Of a DNA stretch of 64,000 nt, positions 1 to 13,200 are shown piece after piece. The stretch lies in NCBI GenBank assembly GCA_964252035.1, contig OZ176202.1, one strand, 5' to 3'. This DNA is from Podarcis erhardii. Taxonomy: Eukaryota. The translations under genes were made by a program, and so were the position numbers. Under the pieces are notes generated by a model. It searched no databases. It worked only from the letters and a program-made list of their open reading frames with translations, and had not been told where the DNA came from. Each line of letters starts with the position of its first letter. The stretch's first letter is position 1.

Positions 1-1161
1 ATCCTTCAAGGGATAAAAACAGCCTAATCAAAATATTTGAAGGTACACACGATATTCCACTTGTTGTACAGACGTTGCAAATAGGCACACAGCACTTCAA
101 AAGCTGTTCCCCAGGTAACTTTGAATGTCCACCACAAATATATTAGAAATTGGTGTGCTTTCTTCATTCAATAAAGCCTTCAGCAGTTAAGTCTTCAGAA
201 ATGCAAATAAATTGTAACGATATTCTTTGGCATGGTTTCATGTGGCCAAGTGGCATTTTCCCCAAATGGTGGAGAACTTTATAGGAAAAATAAAAGTAGC
301 AGCTTGTTACTTCCAAGTTGTTTCCTAAGCCAGACGGAGCAGCGGATTCCCAAAAAAGAGAAAGAAAAGATTAATTTCCTTACCTGTAATTTTGTCTTCT
401 CTGAACAGGAATCCGCTGCTTCGCCAGGACCCACCCAGTGTTGGTTGCTCTCAGCAACTCTTTAGTACTCTGGTTTCCTGGATTTAGTCAATGCCATTCT
501 CATCAGAAGTTTTCTAGTCAGAGAGAGAGAGAATTGCAAATGTACTCTGCCTAGTACACATTTTCCTTGAGAATGTATTCCAGCCAGATGTTTCAAAATT
601 TTGTTTCCTTGGTAACATTCAGACTTTGAGGTTTTGGCTATTGACCTGAAGAAAGACACACCTGAAGTTCCACAGGCCATGATCAGAGTTTGCTACAAAA
701 GCTGGCCAGGAACTTTTCAAACCAGGGGAAAATAAGGACTTTCCCATTGAGAGAAGACATGTAAAGAGGCCAGTTTTTATATCTGTTTATGTCTGTACCA
801 CTACGAGATATGAGTTTTGTGTTAAAGTTCTTTTTTAAAAAAACTTCTTCCTACTTAAGACAGTGTATGTTTTAATTTGTATTGCAAGATCATTTAAACC
901 TTAGAGTATTTTCTAATAAACATTGAAATGCAGTTTGGGAATATTAAAACTCCAGTAAGATTGATGTGAGAGGCCTGTATAAGAGAGACTTGCATAAAGA
1001 ACCTTATAATATAGATATATCTGTTGTGAGCAGGAAAAACAGACTTTTCCAAGAAATCAAAACCATTTAAACATGGGAAGAGAAGGTAGGGAAACTTGGA
1101 TTTGAAAATGTTTAAATAAAAGTTTCTGAGGATGAAAAAGCAGGGACTACAGATGCCCTAC

Positions 1162-1273
1162 CTTTTAACAATGTTCACCACTTCCTGGAAAAGTGCTCTC
1201 TCATCAGCAGCATATTTGACTTCCAATCCTGAGATGCCAGATCTGGTAAGCAAAGGTGCATGTTCTCTGTTAC
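1162..1273 (-). CDS. REV3L: REV3L exon 18 (112 nt), NREHAPLLTRSGISGLEVKYAADERALFQEVVNIVK; last canonical REV3L exon in the window
   Basis: TTTTCAG acceptor, AG|GTAGGG donor; the next canonical exon (YDPDILLGYE...) was not found in 1-1161, so the gene continues off the left edge. Confidence 0.96.
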
Positions 1274-2833
1274 CTGAAAAGCAAATTAAATACTTATTTC
1301 TAGTAAAATACCACCGTGTTGTTGTTTTTAATAAAAAACACACATTAAAATTAAGCCATGATTTTTCATTGTTCAAGTCCCCTGCCACTACTGCTCATTG
1401 CAGACAATGAATAGTTGGTGGTGATTTCGTATTTGAACAAACTGTGGGAAAGCATGCACATGTTTTTGTATTTTATAGAGCTCTGATTTAAGTAATTATC
1501 TTTTGTTCAAGTGTTTATGACCTTTCATCAGCATAAATGTGGTACAATAAAGTGTGGCACCTCTCAAGCTTACTTATAAATTTTGGAGAAAAAGATTTAG
1601 CTTTTACCACTCAACAGAGTGATAATAAATAAAGGCTCTGTCCACACATTATGGTAAACCATACTCAGTGGTTTACAGGGGAACTTTATTTCAGAAAATG
1701 GTTTACCAAGATGTGCAAACCAAGCCAGCCTCATTTGAAATGTGATTCATAAGCAATTTTCTATATTTTTTTCCAATCAGTTCATGAGAGCTTGGCATTT
1801 AAAAGCAACTAACAAATAGATGTTTCAAATGAATGCAATTTTCAGCAGTCCTCAGTTTCTAATATGCTTGATCCAAAGAATGGAAACCTTTTACATCCAC
1901 AACAGTATGACTACTTATGTTTAATGAACATTATAAGAGCTGTGCTATATCACCTTAATCATTCTGCAAATAATTTTTAAAAACTTAATATTTTATGCAG
2001 ACATTTACAACAAGTACAAAATTCTGGTTGCCTCAGGTGTTAGATGCATGGGAGGGCATCTCTTTGAAGTGACACTCAGGCTATGATGGAGAACATTAAG
2101 AGGAGCAGTTGCCATTCACTAAGGTGGCATGGTGGGAAAGGGGCTAACTATGCTGGGATCTGAGAGAGCTGTTCTGTACTCTACTGCCTGTGCATGGGAT
2201 AAGTAGGACCACATCCAATATTCAAACTGTCAAAAATGCATTAGTTATTTGATTCAAACAATAATCAGAATAAATCTTATCACTTAACCATTTCAAATTG
2301 ATGTGAGTTTTAAAAACAGCAAAGCAAGACTGAAAAAGATTAGTGGCCTTAAACCAAAATCTAGACAGGACAATATAGAAGTGATAGATTAACCATAAGC
2401 TATGCATTACTTTATTCACTGATGTATTAAATAAACCAAGGGACTCGAAAAATGCCAGCACTCAATACTAATAAATAAAGAACTCTGCAACATTAAATGG
2501 GGAAATTCTGTGTTTACAATCTAGTCTTATTCATAAATTCTTTTTCAGAATCCGTCAAGTTAGCCTCCAGGAAGTCAGGAAAATTTAGTACAATGATCTA
2601 CTGCTTTAGAAAGTAAAAAATTGAAGAAAGTAAGATAAGAACAGGAAATTAATATTCTTAACATCTAGAAATAAAAGTGGATGAAAGATAAAAGTTTTGT
2701 CATAATGTTAATTTCTTATTTTTCTCAGAACCTTAAAGCTAGGCAGCATGAAGTTGTTTAATGATAAATCATCTCACAGAGTTTAACATTTTACTCTCAA
2801 TATCAAATGTATTTTTTGTTTACTAGCCTAAAC

Positions 2834-3288
2834 CAGTGGTACTCAACCTTTAACAGCTGGAGAGCCACTTCACCATTAACTGTTGTTGCAGAGCATAACA
2901 TCAAGTACCAACATTGCAACCTTGCATCATGATGTTACATTAATTTGTGATGATGTCGTGCCACCACAAATATCATATGTTACAAGACATTTTGTAATCT
3001 TCAGTTTCTATTAGCTGCTGGGAAAAAGAGGGAGGTTTCCCCATTCTCCCCCCATGGCTGCTGGGTTGGAGGCAATTTCTATTCTTACCTGTGGGGAGAT
3101 CCCAGCAGCTCCTTCGCTTTCCTCCTATGGGAGGAGGTACTTCAGTGACTCCCACACTGCCGGTCCTTTGGTCAGTGCTCCCCGCGCTGCCTGATAGAAT
3201 GGAGCGCCGATCAGATGCCTACACTGCGAGAGCCGCCTGTAGGGCCTCAAGAGCATCCGGCTCTAGAGCCACAGGTTGAGTATCACTG
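2834..3288. mobile_element. Non-autonomous hAT (Charlie-like) MITE, 455 bp
   Basis: TIRs CAGTGGTACTCAACCT / AGGTTGAGTATCACTG; 8-bp TSD GCCTAAAC / GTCTAAAC (7 of 8 match). Confidence 0.88.
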
Positions 3289-3817
3289 GTCTAAACAAAG
3301 CCAAAAAGGTACAATACAATAAGGGCCCTGTTTAGACCCTACAAAGATCAGAGAAAACCACACAACAACCCTTATGCAATATTTAACAAAATCAACTTGC
3401 TATTTCTACTAAAATCAATTTTGACAGATTACCAAAGTTGCTGTTCTCGAACAGTCCCGATGCAAACTAAAAGGAACTGGTCCAGCACAAGGGTTTTGAG
3501 CACTTCCTTCTAAGACATGTTTTCCTGTTTATATCTTCTGGACTTCTGCAGGAGCATGCCGTGAAATATTAAACTTTGGTTTAATATATTATTAATTGGT
3601 ATTTAAAAGCATTATAGCCCTTGCAAATGTGCACAGGAAGATATAAGGTAGAAACCATTACTATGCTTCTCATGATTGGACAGTGAGATGACATAAATTT
3701 AAACAACACTAGCAAAGATCCTTCAAAGCCACATTTTCTCATATTGTTCATTAATACCCAAATATGACAACATTCAAACACTGAAGTAAATTCCTAAAAT
3801 AAAATTGAAATAAGAAC

Positions 3818-4016
3818 CTTGGCTTGAGATTGTTCTTGTTCTGTCTTTATCAATCACTATAGCACCAGTGATTTCCATTTTATCAGTATTTGGCAACGGT
3901 GTGTCAGATGATATGCAGTAGAATAGAGCACAGATAGGATCAAATTCAGGATCTGCCTCCAAGTCTCTTCTTGTTCGAGCATGTAACTCTACACTGAGAA
4001 GTGTAAGATGTTGAAC
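3818..4016 (-). CDS. REV3L: REV3L exon 17 (199 nt), VQHLTLLSVELHARTRRDLEADPEFDPICALFYCISSDTPLPNTDKMEITGAIVIDKDRTRTISSQ
   Basis: Start of the degenerate B-family exonuclease-like domain (SVELHARTRRDLxxDPEFDPI); TGTAG acceptor, G|GTTCTT donor. Confidence 0.97.
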
Positions 4017-6366
4017 CTACAGCAAAAAGTATACATTGTTATCTTCTTTTAAGATACCTTTGAATCAAATCAAATACGAAACTATCAATTTATTTTACAT
4101 GCTGGTCAATAAAAATAACCTCATGTTTGCTTGTGGAAATTGAGAAAAAATATAGAGCATGCTTTGTGATAATTATAATAACTGGGATTAAATGAAATAA
4201 GTATAGGAAATCTAGACCGTTGCTCCCTACGATTGAAGATTTATGCATTTTTTAAAAGTACCAATCTGCAGCAGGTATCTGATACTTAGAAGCCATGTAT
4301 TTTATACACTGCATTAAGTTTTGTTAGTACTATATTTCAAACAGCTTGTGTCATTCCCTGTCTTCACACTTTCTGAGGATTTTTTTTAGCAGGATGCCAA
4401 AACCAAATATTAATATTCAAATGCAATCACTACCAAACAAGCATCCATATAAGAAATTACAGTCAAGATACCCAGAAACTCCCACATCAGCTAATTTTTA
4501 ATCACTATGTAAACAGAGTAAGAATTGCCCAATTATACAATGTACCATAATAATACATATTTTTACCTAATTCAGGATATGACCAGTGTGCAAGAGGAAA
4601 ACTGACACATAGCATCCACCCTGCTTGAATGGCTCTGAAATTTAGACTTCACATTAAATTTATTTTAAAGGCAGGTGGTTACATTCACAATACACAAAGC
4701 ATACCGAAATATAACTCAACAGAAAAAAATTATACATGGATTATTTGAATGTGAAATCCAAAGAAAATACATATTAAATGAGTTATACCTAGTTAGTTTT
4801 GACACAAAGTAAGGGGAATATAAAAGAGAAGACTGCAGATAATCAGGAGGGTGACTTCTGTGAGTTGGCATGTTTTCCATTATTTTGCCCTTCATTCCAT
4901 CTGCAAGTCTTTTCCCCCTCTTCCTCTAGACTCGAGGATAAGCTTGGAGAATACCATGACATCAACTGCCAGATACCTCCATGTATCTCTAACACATTGT
5001 ATGCTTTATGGATTTTAAATGCAAGCTGCTTGGGGAGCCAACTGCGGCTGAAAAGCAGGACAGTAAATTATTTTATCAGATCAAGTTAACTTTCCGCAAG
5101 CTGAAAAATCTTAATGCTAATCAAGCACAGGTCATCGGTGCAAGAGATAATGTAATGTAGCCTTTGCCAATCTGGTGTTTTCCATATATTTTGGACTACC
5201 ACCAACCACAGTCAGCACAGGCTAGGACCAGATTGGTAAAGGCTGATGTAATGTAATAAACAAAAGCATAGGGCAAGCAAAGTTACAAGTAAAGATCTGT
5301 TATTCCAGATTGTATTTAGATTAGAAACCAAGAACCTCAAAGTCTCGTTACCATCAAAGAGGATATTGTGTTCTATATCCAGGCTGCCTACACCTGCTAG
5401 ATCTGCTACTCTTAGAACAATTTCCAGGGATATGTTAAATGATTCACTTTTTAAATGCCTGCAATATTTTTAGATAGCTGAAAAAGAAACAGCTGCAGGA
5501 AGGTTGCTTCTCCTTCCCTTCAGAAAGAACTCTTGCTGTAATTGCCAGTTGTCCCATGACTTTAGAAGTGATGAGAATGCTTCTGCCACCAGCCAGAGGC
5601 CTAGAGGATCTGTGACGTTAACAAGCCTTGTTGAGGCTAGAAGTTTGCAGGTAGGGAGATTACTCAGTGTCCATCCAACACACCTACCTTGGTTGTTGCG
5701 ATGCCAGGGAGGGAAAGTGTGAGACCTGGGATTTCCAAATCTCATGGGACCTATGACACAAAGTCTCACAGAAGCCAGGTTTCCTGGATCTTATGAGTGA
5801 GATCTGCAGGCCTACATAAGGCTCTGCAAATATCTACCTCAGTCAGGGCCAGACAGACAGTACAACTCATCCACTCTGGGCTTGGCACAAGTTTACCCCA
5901 GGTCACAACTGGTTACTCATTTGAGGGTTCAAGAAGCATGTTTTTAATGGCTACAGATAAGCTGTGAAAAAGCATAATTTTTTTGCCTTCCTTGGGTATT
6001 CCATTTTGTGTTACACATAAGCTACATGCATTACTTTGACACAACTTTACTTCTGTTACATTTGATATATATTGACCATTTTACTCCAAGATTTGCCTAT
6101 CTCCTTATCTACAAAGAGCCACTGGGTAGTTGCACCACTTCAATACAAGTAAAGCAGCAAAGAAAGATCAGCTGGGTCCAGTTCACAACTTCATCCTGGC
6201 ATTACCAAACCTCCTCCTCTCTCTTTTCCTTTCCTTTCCCTTTCCTTCCATCACATATCTTGCCTTTTTAGTTTGCTAGTCTGATGACAAGACATGCCAT
6301 TGTTTTACTGATGTGAGCAGTTTTGGGAGACAGTATTTGTTTGAAGAGCCGGATAAAAATATAATA

Positions 6367-6597
6367 CAGGCAACCCCCTATTTACATGTGGGTTATGTTC
6401 CGAGGCACCACAAGGGTCAGTGAACTCACATAAAATTGAAACTCATTGAAAAAGCCTGCAACCCCCCCCCCCTTCCACCCCTTTGGTGATGGTTCAGTGA
6501 TGTCTTTATGCTGTTTCTGGATCACTTCTAAGTTTGGCACAATGCACATATACACAATTGTGGACATACTGAACGTGAGTAAATGGAAGTCTGCCTG
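6367..6597. mobile_element. Tc1/mariner (Tigger-like) MITE, about 231 bp
   Basis: TA-flanked; imperfect TIRs CAGGCAACCCC / GAAGTCTGCCTG. Confidence 0.7.
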
Positions 6598-6921
6598 TAC
6601 GATATAATAAATAAATCCAGTAGATAAGCAGTCATATACTAAAATTCTTAAATCCTGGATGTATTTAAATTAGAAATCAAGAATCTCACTTTTTGGTTAC
6701 TGCCACAGCAGCAACTGCCCAATTTTGGTTACTGCCACAGCAGTTTGAGTAAAACACAAACCCTCTTAAATGCTAAATCTGACTGAAGAATGAAAGAAAT
6801 ACTCCAACTTTCCCCCTGACAGGACTCAAGGCAGCTTACAGATAAAACCAGGAATTGCTAAAAACATAGAAAAAACAAATGCAACCATAGGTAAAGCATC
6901 TTCAATAATACTGTAAATTAC

Positions 6922-7047
6922 CTCATGTAAAGCCTTTGCTTCCTGAAGATTTTGTACACTTATTTTAAAACCATATGAGTTGTTTAATGATGGTCCTTCA
7001 ATCTGAGAAGTCTCTTTCTTTGGGGCATTTAAAGGAGTGAATCGGTT
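6922..7047 (-). CDS. REV3L: REV3L exon 16 (126 nt), NRFTPLNAPKKETSQIEGPSLNNSYGFKISVQNLQEAKALHE
   Basis: Manual translation; conserved SQIxGPSLNNxYGFK and QEAKALHE; TTTTACAG acceptor, GAG|GTAATT donor. Confidence 0.96.
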
Positions 7048-8054
7048 CTGTAAAAATAAAACATTGACAACAATAAACTTTTCACTGATTAAGGCCTTAA
7101 CTCTACCAAGTATAATTATTGAACAAATTCAATTATTGGGATTACTCATTATTTGGATTACTCATTTTCTTCAGTTGCTAACACTAATAAAATATATTAA
7201 CTCATACCCATTTCCAGGAACAGAAGCCCTGCCATATCAAACTTCTATTCTATTTACATGCACATGCATGAGAACCATTTCACTGTAGGGTTAGACACAC
7301 CACTAAGAGTGTGTCTAAATGGAGCAACCATATGGGTATGGCAAATCTTGTAAGGTTGCGCACCAACTGTTTCCTAACTTCTGGCTAGGCAATAAAAGGC
7401 TGGAGGAGGGAAGCAACTAACTCTATCAACATGATTCCAGTATTCACACATGCATATCAGTCACATGAAATTGCACCACAGGACCAAGGGGTCCTTTGCT
7501 GCTGCAGGTGTATAGGAATGGGTCCCCTAGTCTGACTAGATCAGGTTCTAGGTGCCCAGCATGCATTCTAAATGTATTTAGCACTAAGGAAAGTCAAACT
7601 AATACTGAATTTGACTTGGGGGGGGGGGAAATCAACATTATTCACAATCAGGATCATTTTGTTACCTACAGATAAGTACCAAAGAGTTAAAGGTACTTTT
7701 CTGGCACAGAATGCAATTTCTGCTAATGAACTGTTTTACAAAACATGCTAGAGCCCTGCGGTATTCAAATATATCCAAATCAGTATTATGAATTGAGTCC
7801 AGAAATAAAGTGGGAGCTACTGATTTTCTTTTAACGGCAGACTGATGTGTTCACAATGGTCAGATGCTGTTAATCGCTTGCTGCGTTCTGCATCAGTTGA
7901 TATCAAGACACTTTTCAGTGCAAATATTATGATGCAATTTCAATTAAGAAAAATTAGAAGTATAATTATTGTACAGAAGTAAAATATTTTACTTCAGAAC
8001 TCAGAAAATAACTAAAATTGAGCCTAATAAAAATGCATCCAATTCCATTTTTAC

Positions 8055-8137
8055 CTTGACTTGAGTTCCTAAAAGTACTTTTCGAAAAGCATCAACATTC
8101 CTTCCCCTTCTAGGATTCAATTTCTGAATGTTTGGTC
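8055..8137 (-). CDS. REV3L: REV3L exon 15 (83 nt), PNIQKLNPRRGRNVDAFRKVLLGTQVK
   Basis: CCCCAG acceptor, AAG|GTAAAA donor; phases fit; similar to recalled human PKTQKLSNKKGSNTDTLRRVLLTQAK. Confidence 0.92.
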
Positions 8138-8543
8138 CTGGGGTGAAGGAAAGAGAAGAAAGTAATGAGTGATTACAACAAAAATGCACTAAAGCATCCT
8201 TTAGTATTACTGAATTAATTTTTCAAAAGCTACAAAATGTTAAGTACAATATCAAGGCATATAATGGTCTGACACTGCAGCATCTTATACTGCTGGTCCT
8301 AAAAGTTATCCCAAGTATAAAAATTAATCTTCATTTCCTTGGTCATGCTAATTACATATTATGGAAAAAATCAAGTTATTCTGGTTAAGGCTATTTTCTA
8401 TTAGTAAACCTTAAACTACTTGTCTAATAATACTTCCATAAGTGGTTTCAAGCTTTCATTGCCTATCTTCTATTATATAAGTACATATATGTCTGCATAA
8501 TATCACTTTCAATTTCTGCAAACCACTCCTTTCATAATCTTAC

Positions 8544-9433
8544 CTGGTAATAATGGAGTGAATCCAGGTGTTTCAGTTATTCCTCCTTTACACATTTCCT
8601 CTCTAAGGGGTGTACTATGCAGGCAAGCAGTTTCAGAATTACTATTGCATCCTTTGTTCACAAATGGGGAGACAGTGAAGGGTATCTTGCTTTCCTCTTT
8701 GACAAGCTTCTGTTCTCCATCTGTTAATGTTTCATTTTCTTCTATAGAGGATAAAATATCCTCTGAATCTTCTGAGGAAGATTGTTTGGAATCTGGGGAT
8801 GTTACTTGTTGCCAAGGAGGAAGCACTGATGAATCAGGGGAGCTATAATCAACATAATTCTCCTCATCCCTGTCTGTTTCTATTGCTGCAGTGTCAAGCA
8901 GCACAGTCTTACTCATTTCAGGAATATCTGTATCATGCTTTTCCATGGTTTGTGTTGGCATTGGATTTGAGGATGAAAAACAAGTACCTTCTGATGCTAC
9001 AACACTTTTGCTTGGCAAGATAGAATTCTCAACTGCCTTGGCCATTTGAGAACACATGTTTTTAGGCAAAGACGTGCAGTTCAAACTCTCATCAACCTTT
9101 TCCACCTCAATCGATTTGGTAATCATTCTTTTCCTAAAGTGTTCATAATCTTCTTTTGCCTGCAGCCATGACTGAACTTGCTGGCAACTTGGTGCACATT
9201 TGCAAGGCATGATCACTATCTTTTTGTCTTCACTAGTTTTACGGTTATTTCTTTGCTTTTTGTCAGTAGTGGATTGGCTACTGCGAAGTGGAGAACCTGG
9301 TCTAGGGCTTTGTGCCATTGCCAAAAATGCAGTCTTCCATAGTCGCAGCCCTTCCAATGAGAAGTCTCCCTCAAACTCAAGTAGGTCATTTGGAAGTCTG
9401 GTTTCTACTGTAAGCAGTCGTCCTCCAATTTCT
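8544..9433 (-). CDS. REV3L: REV3L exon 14 (890 nt), EIGGRLLTVETRLPNDLLEFEGDFSLEGLRLWKTAF...TPGFTPLLP
   Basis: Open frame; TTCACAG acceptor, G|GTAAGA donor; contains REV7-binding motif 2. Confidence 0.96.
9190..9207 (-). other. REV3L: REV7-binding motif 2, IVIMPCKCAPS
   Basis: PxxxxP core in exon 14, matching the known human RBM2. Confidence 0.88.
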
Positions 9434-9964
9434 CTGTGAAGATATTATTTTCAGTTAACAATAAATTTATCTTACTAGAAGAAAAGAACTGTCAGGAAAA
9501 AAGATTCCGTCACATAATATCAACTCTTGTATTTGTCAATATCCAAATTAGGTCATCGACATTTCAAAGACAGACATTTAAAGTTTTGATTCACATTTCA
9601 ATACTCCCCATAGCAACTCCCCATAGCAATAGCTAATGACTATGAATTGTATTCAGTATTGCATGAGCAGGAGGAGTTTCCACAATAGATCTTTTCCTTT
9701 GCCCTTATAAGTCCTTCTGCTCAATTTTGGGCAATACCTCCTGCCAACTTCAACCTTGTGTAATACAGTATGTCATGCCCCCACCCTCAGGAGAGGTTTT
9801 ACAAGATAGATAATGGAAGCAGGAGGGGAAATGTAAGACTGACTGTTAAAGTTTGTTTTCTACACCTGCAACATTGAATACAACCCTATGTTAAATTCTT
9901 CAAGGTGCCCAGAATTTATGAATCTGCAAAGATAAAGCAGAATATTTTCTTTTTATAGAATCTT

Positions 9965-10098
9965 AGGATTTCCCAAACTTGGGTTTTCAGCTCTTTTTGG
10001 ACTACAATTCCAACCATGGCTTACCACTAATCTTGCTAGCTAGAGATGATGGGAATTGTAGTCCAAAAACAGTTGGAGAGCCAAGTTTTGGAAACCCT
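9965..10098. mobile_element. Short palindromic hAT-type MITE (URR1-like)
   Basis: CCCAAACTTGG..TTTTTGGACTACAATTCC / GGGAATTGTAGTCCAAAAA..CCAAGTTTTGG inverted arms. Related fragments near 45167-45295 and 62150-62225. Confidence 0.7.
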
Positions 10099-10286
10099 GT
10101 TGTAGATTAATGAGCTACTTTAACCCCATGCAATTCTGGCTCTTGCTTAAGGGAACAGGAAAGAATGCTACATTAAAGCTACACCTAATTTTTCCATGAC
10201 TATATAAATTATGTAAAAGCCAACTAAAAATACATAGGTATAAAATAGAAAAATGTGACTACTGTCCACTGGTATTACCACATTAC

Positions 10287-13200
10287 CTTGGCTTTTCTGG
10301 TGCATCAGAAGGGTTGCTGCAAAATGGTTCCTGATAAATTGCTTCTGCAAGATCGTGATCCAGTAAAGTTGACATAATTTCTTCACGACTTGGAGGTGAC
10401 ATGAGAGGCTTAAGGATGTGAGCAGCACGAGGTGTAGAACTTCCATTTTTTGACTGTGAGGGGGAATTTGTAGATCTAGGTGAACTATCTGGGGTTGGTG
10501 TTAATGCCTCGTTGTTTCTTGAAATATACAGCTCTAAATCTTCAGAAGCTGCATCCATAAGTTCACCATCCGGTGATGATAAAATGGAAGAAAAAGATAT
10601 ACTAATTGAATCAAGTGACTGAACAGGTTCAAAAGTGGCTTCCTTTCTAAAGTGGTTTTGACTCCAATCACTATTTGGCGATGAAAGGTTAAGAAAAATT
10701 CCTTTCTTCACTGCATTTCTCTCCAACTGAAATTGTTCCTTTTGGCACATCTCTGCCTGTTGCACATCTAGTGGTAAGCTAGGTTCAGATGTTGATGTAA
10801 TAATGTTATTTTTCCACTGGCTGTGGAGATGGTTTTCATTCGTATCTGGGCACCTTTTATCAAAAAGCTGAGGACTTAGTGGACCAGATCTTAACCAAGC
10901 TGTGGGGTCTGAAGAATAATGGTTTTCTTCCTTAGAAATTTTGCTATTGTGACTTAAAAGATCCATTTCTGCTGCTTGACCTGGAAAAAGGTCCTGAGTT
11001 ACATCGCTCAGAAACTTCTGTGGTAGATTTTGATCTGCTGGGACGAACTGACTTGCAGAATAAAAGCTGCAAAATCCAGTCTGTCCTATAGTATTAATAT
11101 CAAAATTGTAATTATGATCAGGTGACAGGCTGTCTTCAAGTGAGTAGCAACTTTCAAAACCTGGATCTGAACCAAAAACCGGGCTATCAACAGATAACAC
11201 ATGGCCAGTCTTACTGTTTTGCTGCTTTGCAGAATCTTTTAAAAGCTTGAGATTTTTTTCTTTAGATTTTTTCTCCCTAGATGTACGAGGATTTCTTGGG
11301 GATGCAACTGAACGTGATTTTTTAACTGATTTGTTTTGATCAAGAGGGTAGGAAGCACTTCTGTTCAACTGAGTTTTAAATGATAACTGCTCATGCATGT
11401 TGTTTAGATGTGCTTTTTGTTGCCTTTTTTGAAGTAATTCCTTAAGAACAGCTAAGCCAGAATGTCCTTCACTGAATGCTGAAGGTGTTACCAGTGTCTT
11501 GCCTTTACACTGGGAATCAGCTTTGGTTTGAGACGTTGTTTCTGACAGACCCTTTTGTTTTATATATTTTTCAGGGTTAAAATGTGACATATCCAAAATA
11601 AATCCTCTTTGTTTCTGTTCCCATCCCAGCTTTTTAACCGGACTTCTCAAAGAAGCTACAAAGCATTTTTTTGGCAACTGAAAAGATCCATGGCTTTCCT
11701 CAGAAGTTTTAAAAAAAGAAGAAATATGCTCAGCATTTTTTGTTGATTCTGGAAGATAAACAATCTGCTGCTGATTATCTTTACAATGCAAAAGTTTACT
11801 AGGATGAATCTGATCGATCTTCATTGCGTCTGAAGAAATATAATTTTCATTTACATTTCCAACAGGGGATAAAAGTCTGCACTGCGAATTTGTAACCTCT
11901 TCAGCCTTTTTATGCATTCTATCTTTAGAACTGTATGCATTCAGTGCTACCTGAGATATATGGTGAGACTGGTCAAATAAATTATTTTGAATTGGTTCTT
12001 TTGTCCTAAATATACCACTTTGACTAGTAGCTCTTTGGAAATTCATTTTGGCTTTTTCCTTTCCAGACACCACAGAAGTTATGGCTGGATGATGGTCCTC
12101 CTGTGTCAGGAGGGAACCTTGATATCCTACAGGCTTTTCATTTTCCAAGAGTGAATGGAAATATATCAATGGATTTACTTGTGCATGAGCTGTCAATGGC
12201 AGTTGTGCTGATGGTAGATGCCCTGTTGAACAGCCAGTTGCTTGGATATCTTTTTGGGTACAAAGTGGCTGCGAATTTCCCAAGCTGTGAGCATTCTCAG
12301 GTAAATCATGGTGGTTCAGCACAAGTTTAACCTCAGTTGAAGGAGGAATACTACTTTTTTCATCTGTTACTGTCATCAACTTTGACACTTTTTCTATTTT
12401 TTGTTTTTGTTTTGCTCTAGGCTTTCTCTTCACCTCATTTCCGGTTTTGTTAGTCAGATTATTCCTAATCTTTTTATTAACTCTAACAGTAGTATTAACA
12501 AATTGCTTTTTACATTTTTTAGTCTGAGCTTTCGCTTGACTATGTTTTCCTGTATGGGAATTAACAGTCTTAGTGCTATATGTGGTAGCATTTTTAAACA
12601 CTAATGTTTCTTTTTCTAGATTATTAATAATTTCTTCTGCATTTGGGTCAGTGGGAGACCAACAGCGAGGTGGGGATACATTAACTGGACTTGCACTTCT
12701 TTCTGACAGAAAGCCTAATTTAGACATAACATCGCTATAGTTCAAGTCACAGTCTTCAGCTTCAGTGCTATATGATGGTAGAGGGGGAGACAGAAAGGCA
12801 GAGGTTCTTCTTCTGAAATATAGGGTTCTTTTAATATTTTTACTGTTCATGTTTTGCAGTTTTCCAACCTTTTTCTTGGTTGACTTGCATTTTGCTTTTC
12901 TTTTGTGACCTTTCTTTGGCATTAATGGATAAATAGGATATTTGGTTGCAGGCGAATCAGGAACTTTTGGCCAAAAGTCCTTTAAAGGTGCAAGTTTTTT
13001 ATATAGATTCATTTTTTCCTCTGTAAGTGTAACTTGCTCCTCACTAGAATCTATTTTTCCTAGTTTAACAAGCATATTTTTCCTCCCTCTGAACCTATTT
13101 ATAATAATATATTTTATAATAACAGGTGGTAATTTTTTAGAAAGTTTTCTTCGTTTTCGACATTTTTTTGACCCATCAATATTTTCATCATTTTCCAAAG

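Noticed and set aside
1-1161. REV3L canonical exon 19 (YDPDILLGYE...)
   Set aside because: Not found in any frame; it lies beyond the window.
6691-6743. Short local duplications (21 bp here; also near 9604-9630 and 19193-19232) and small hairpins (7292-7319, about 47989-48007)
   Set aside because: Ordinary slippage products or fragments of old palindromic MITEs; no sign of function.
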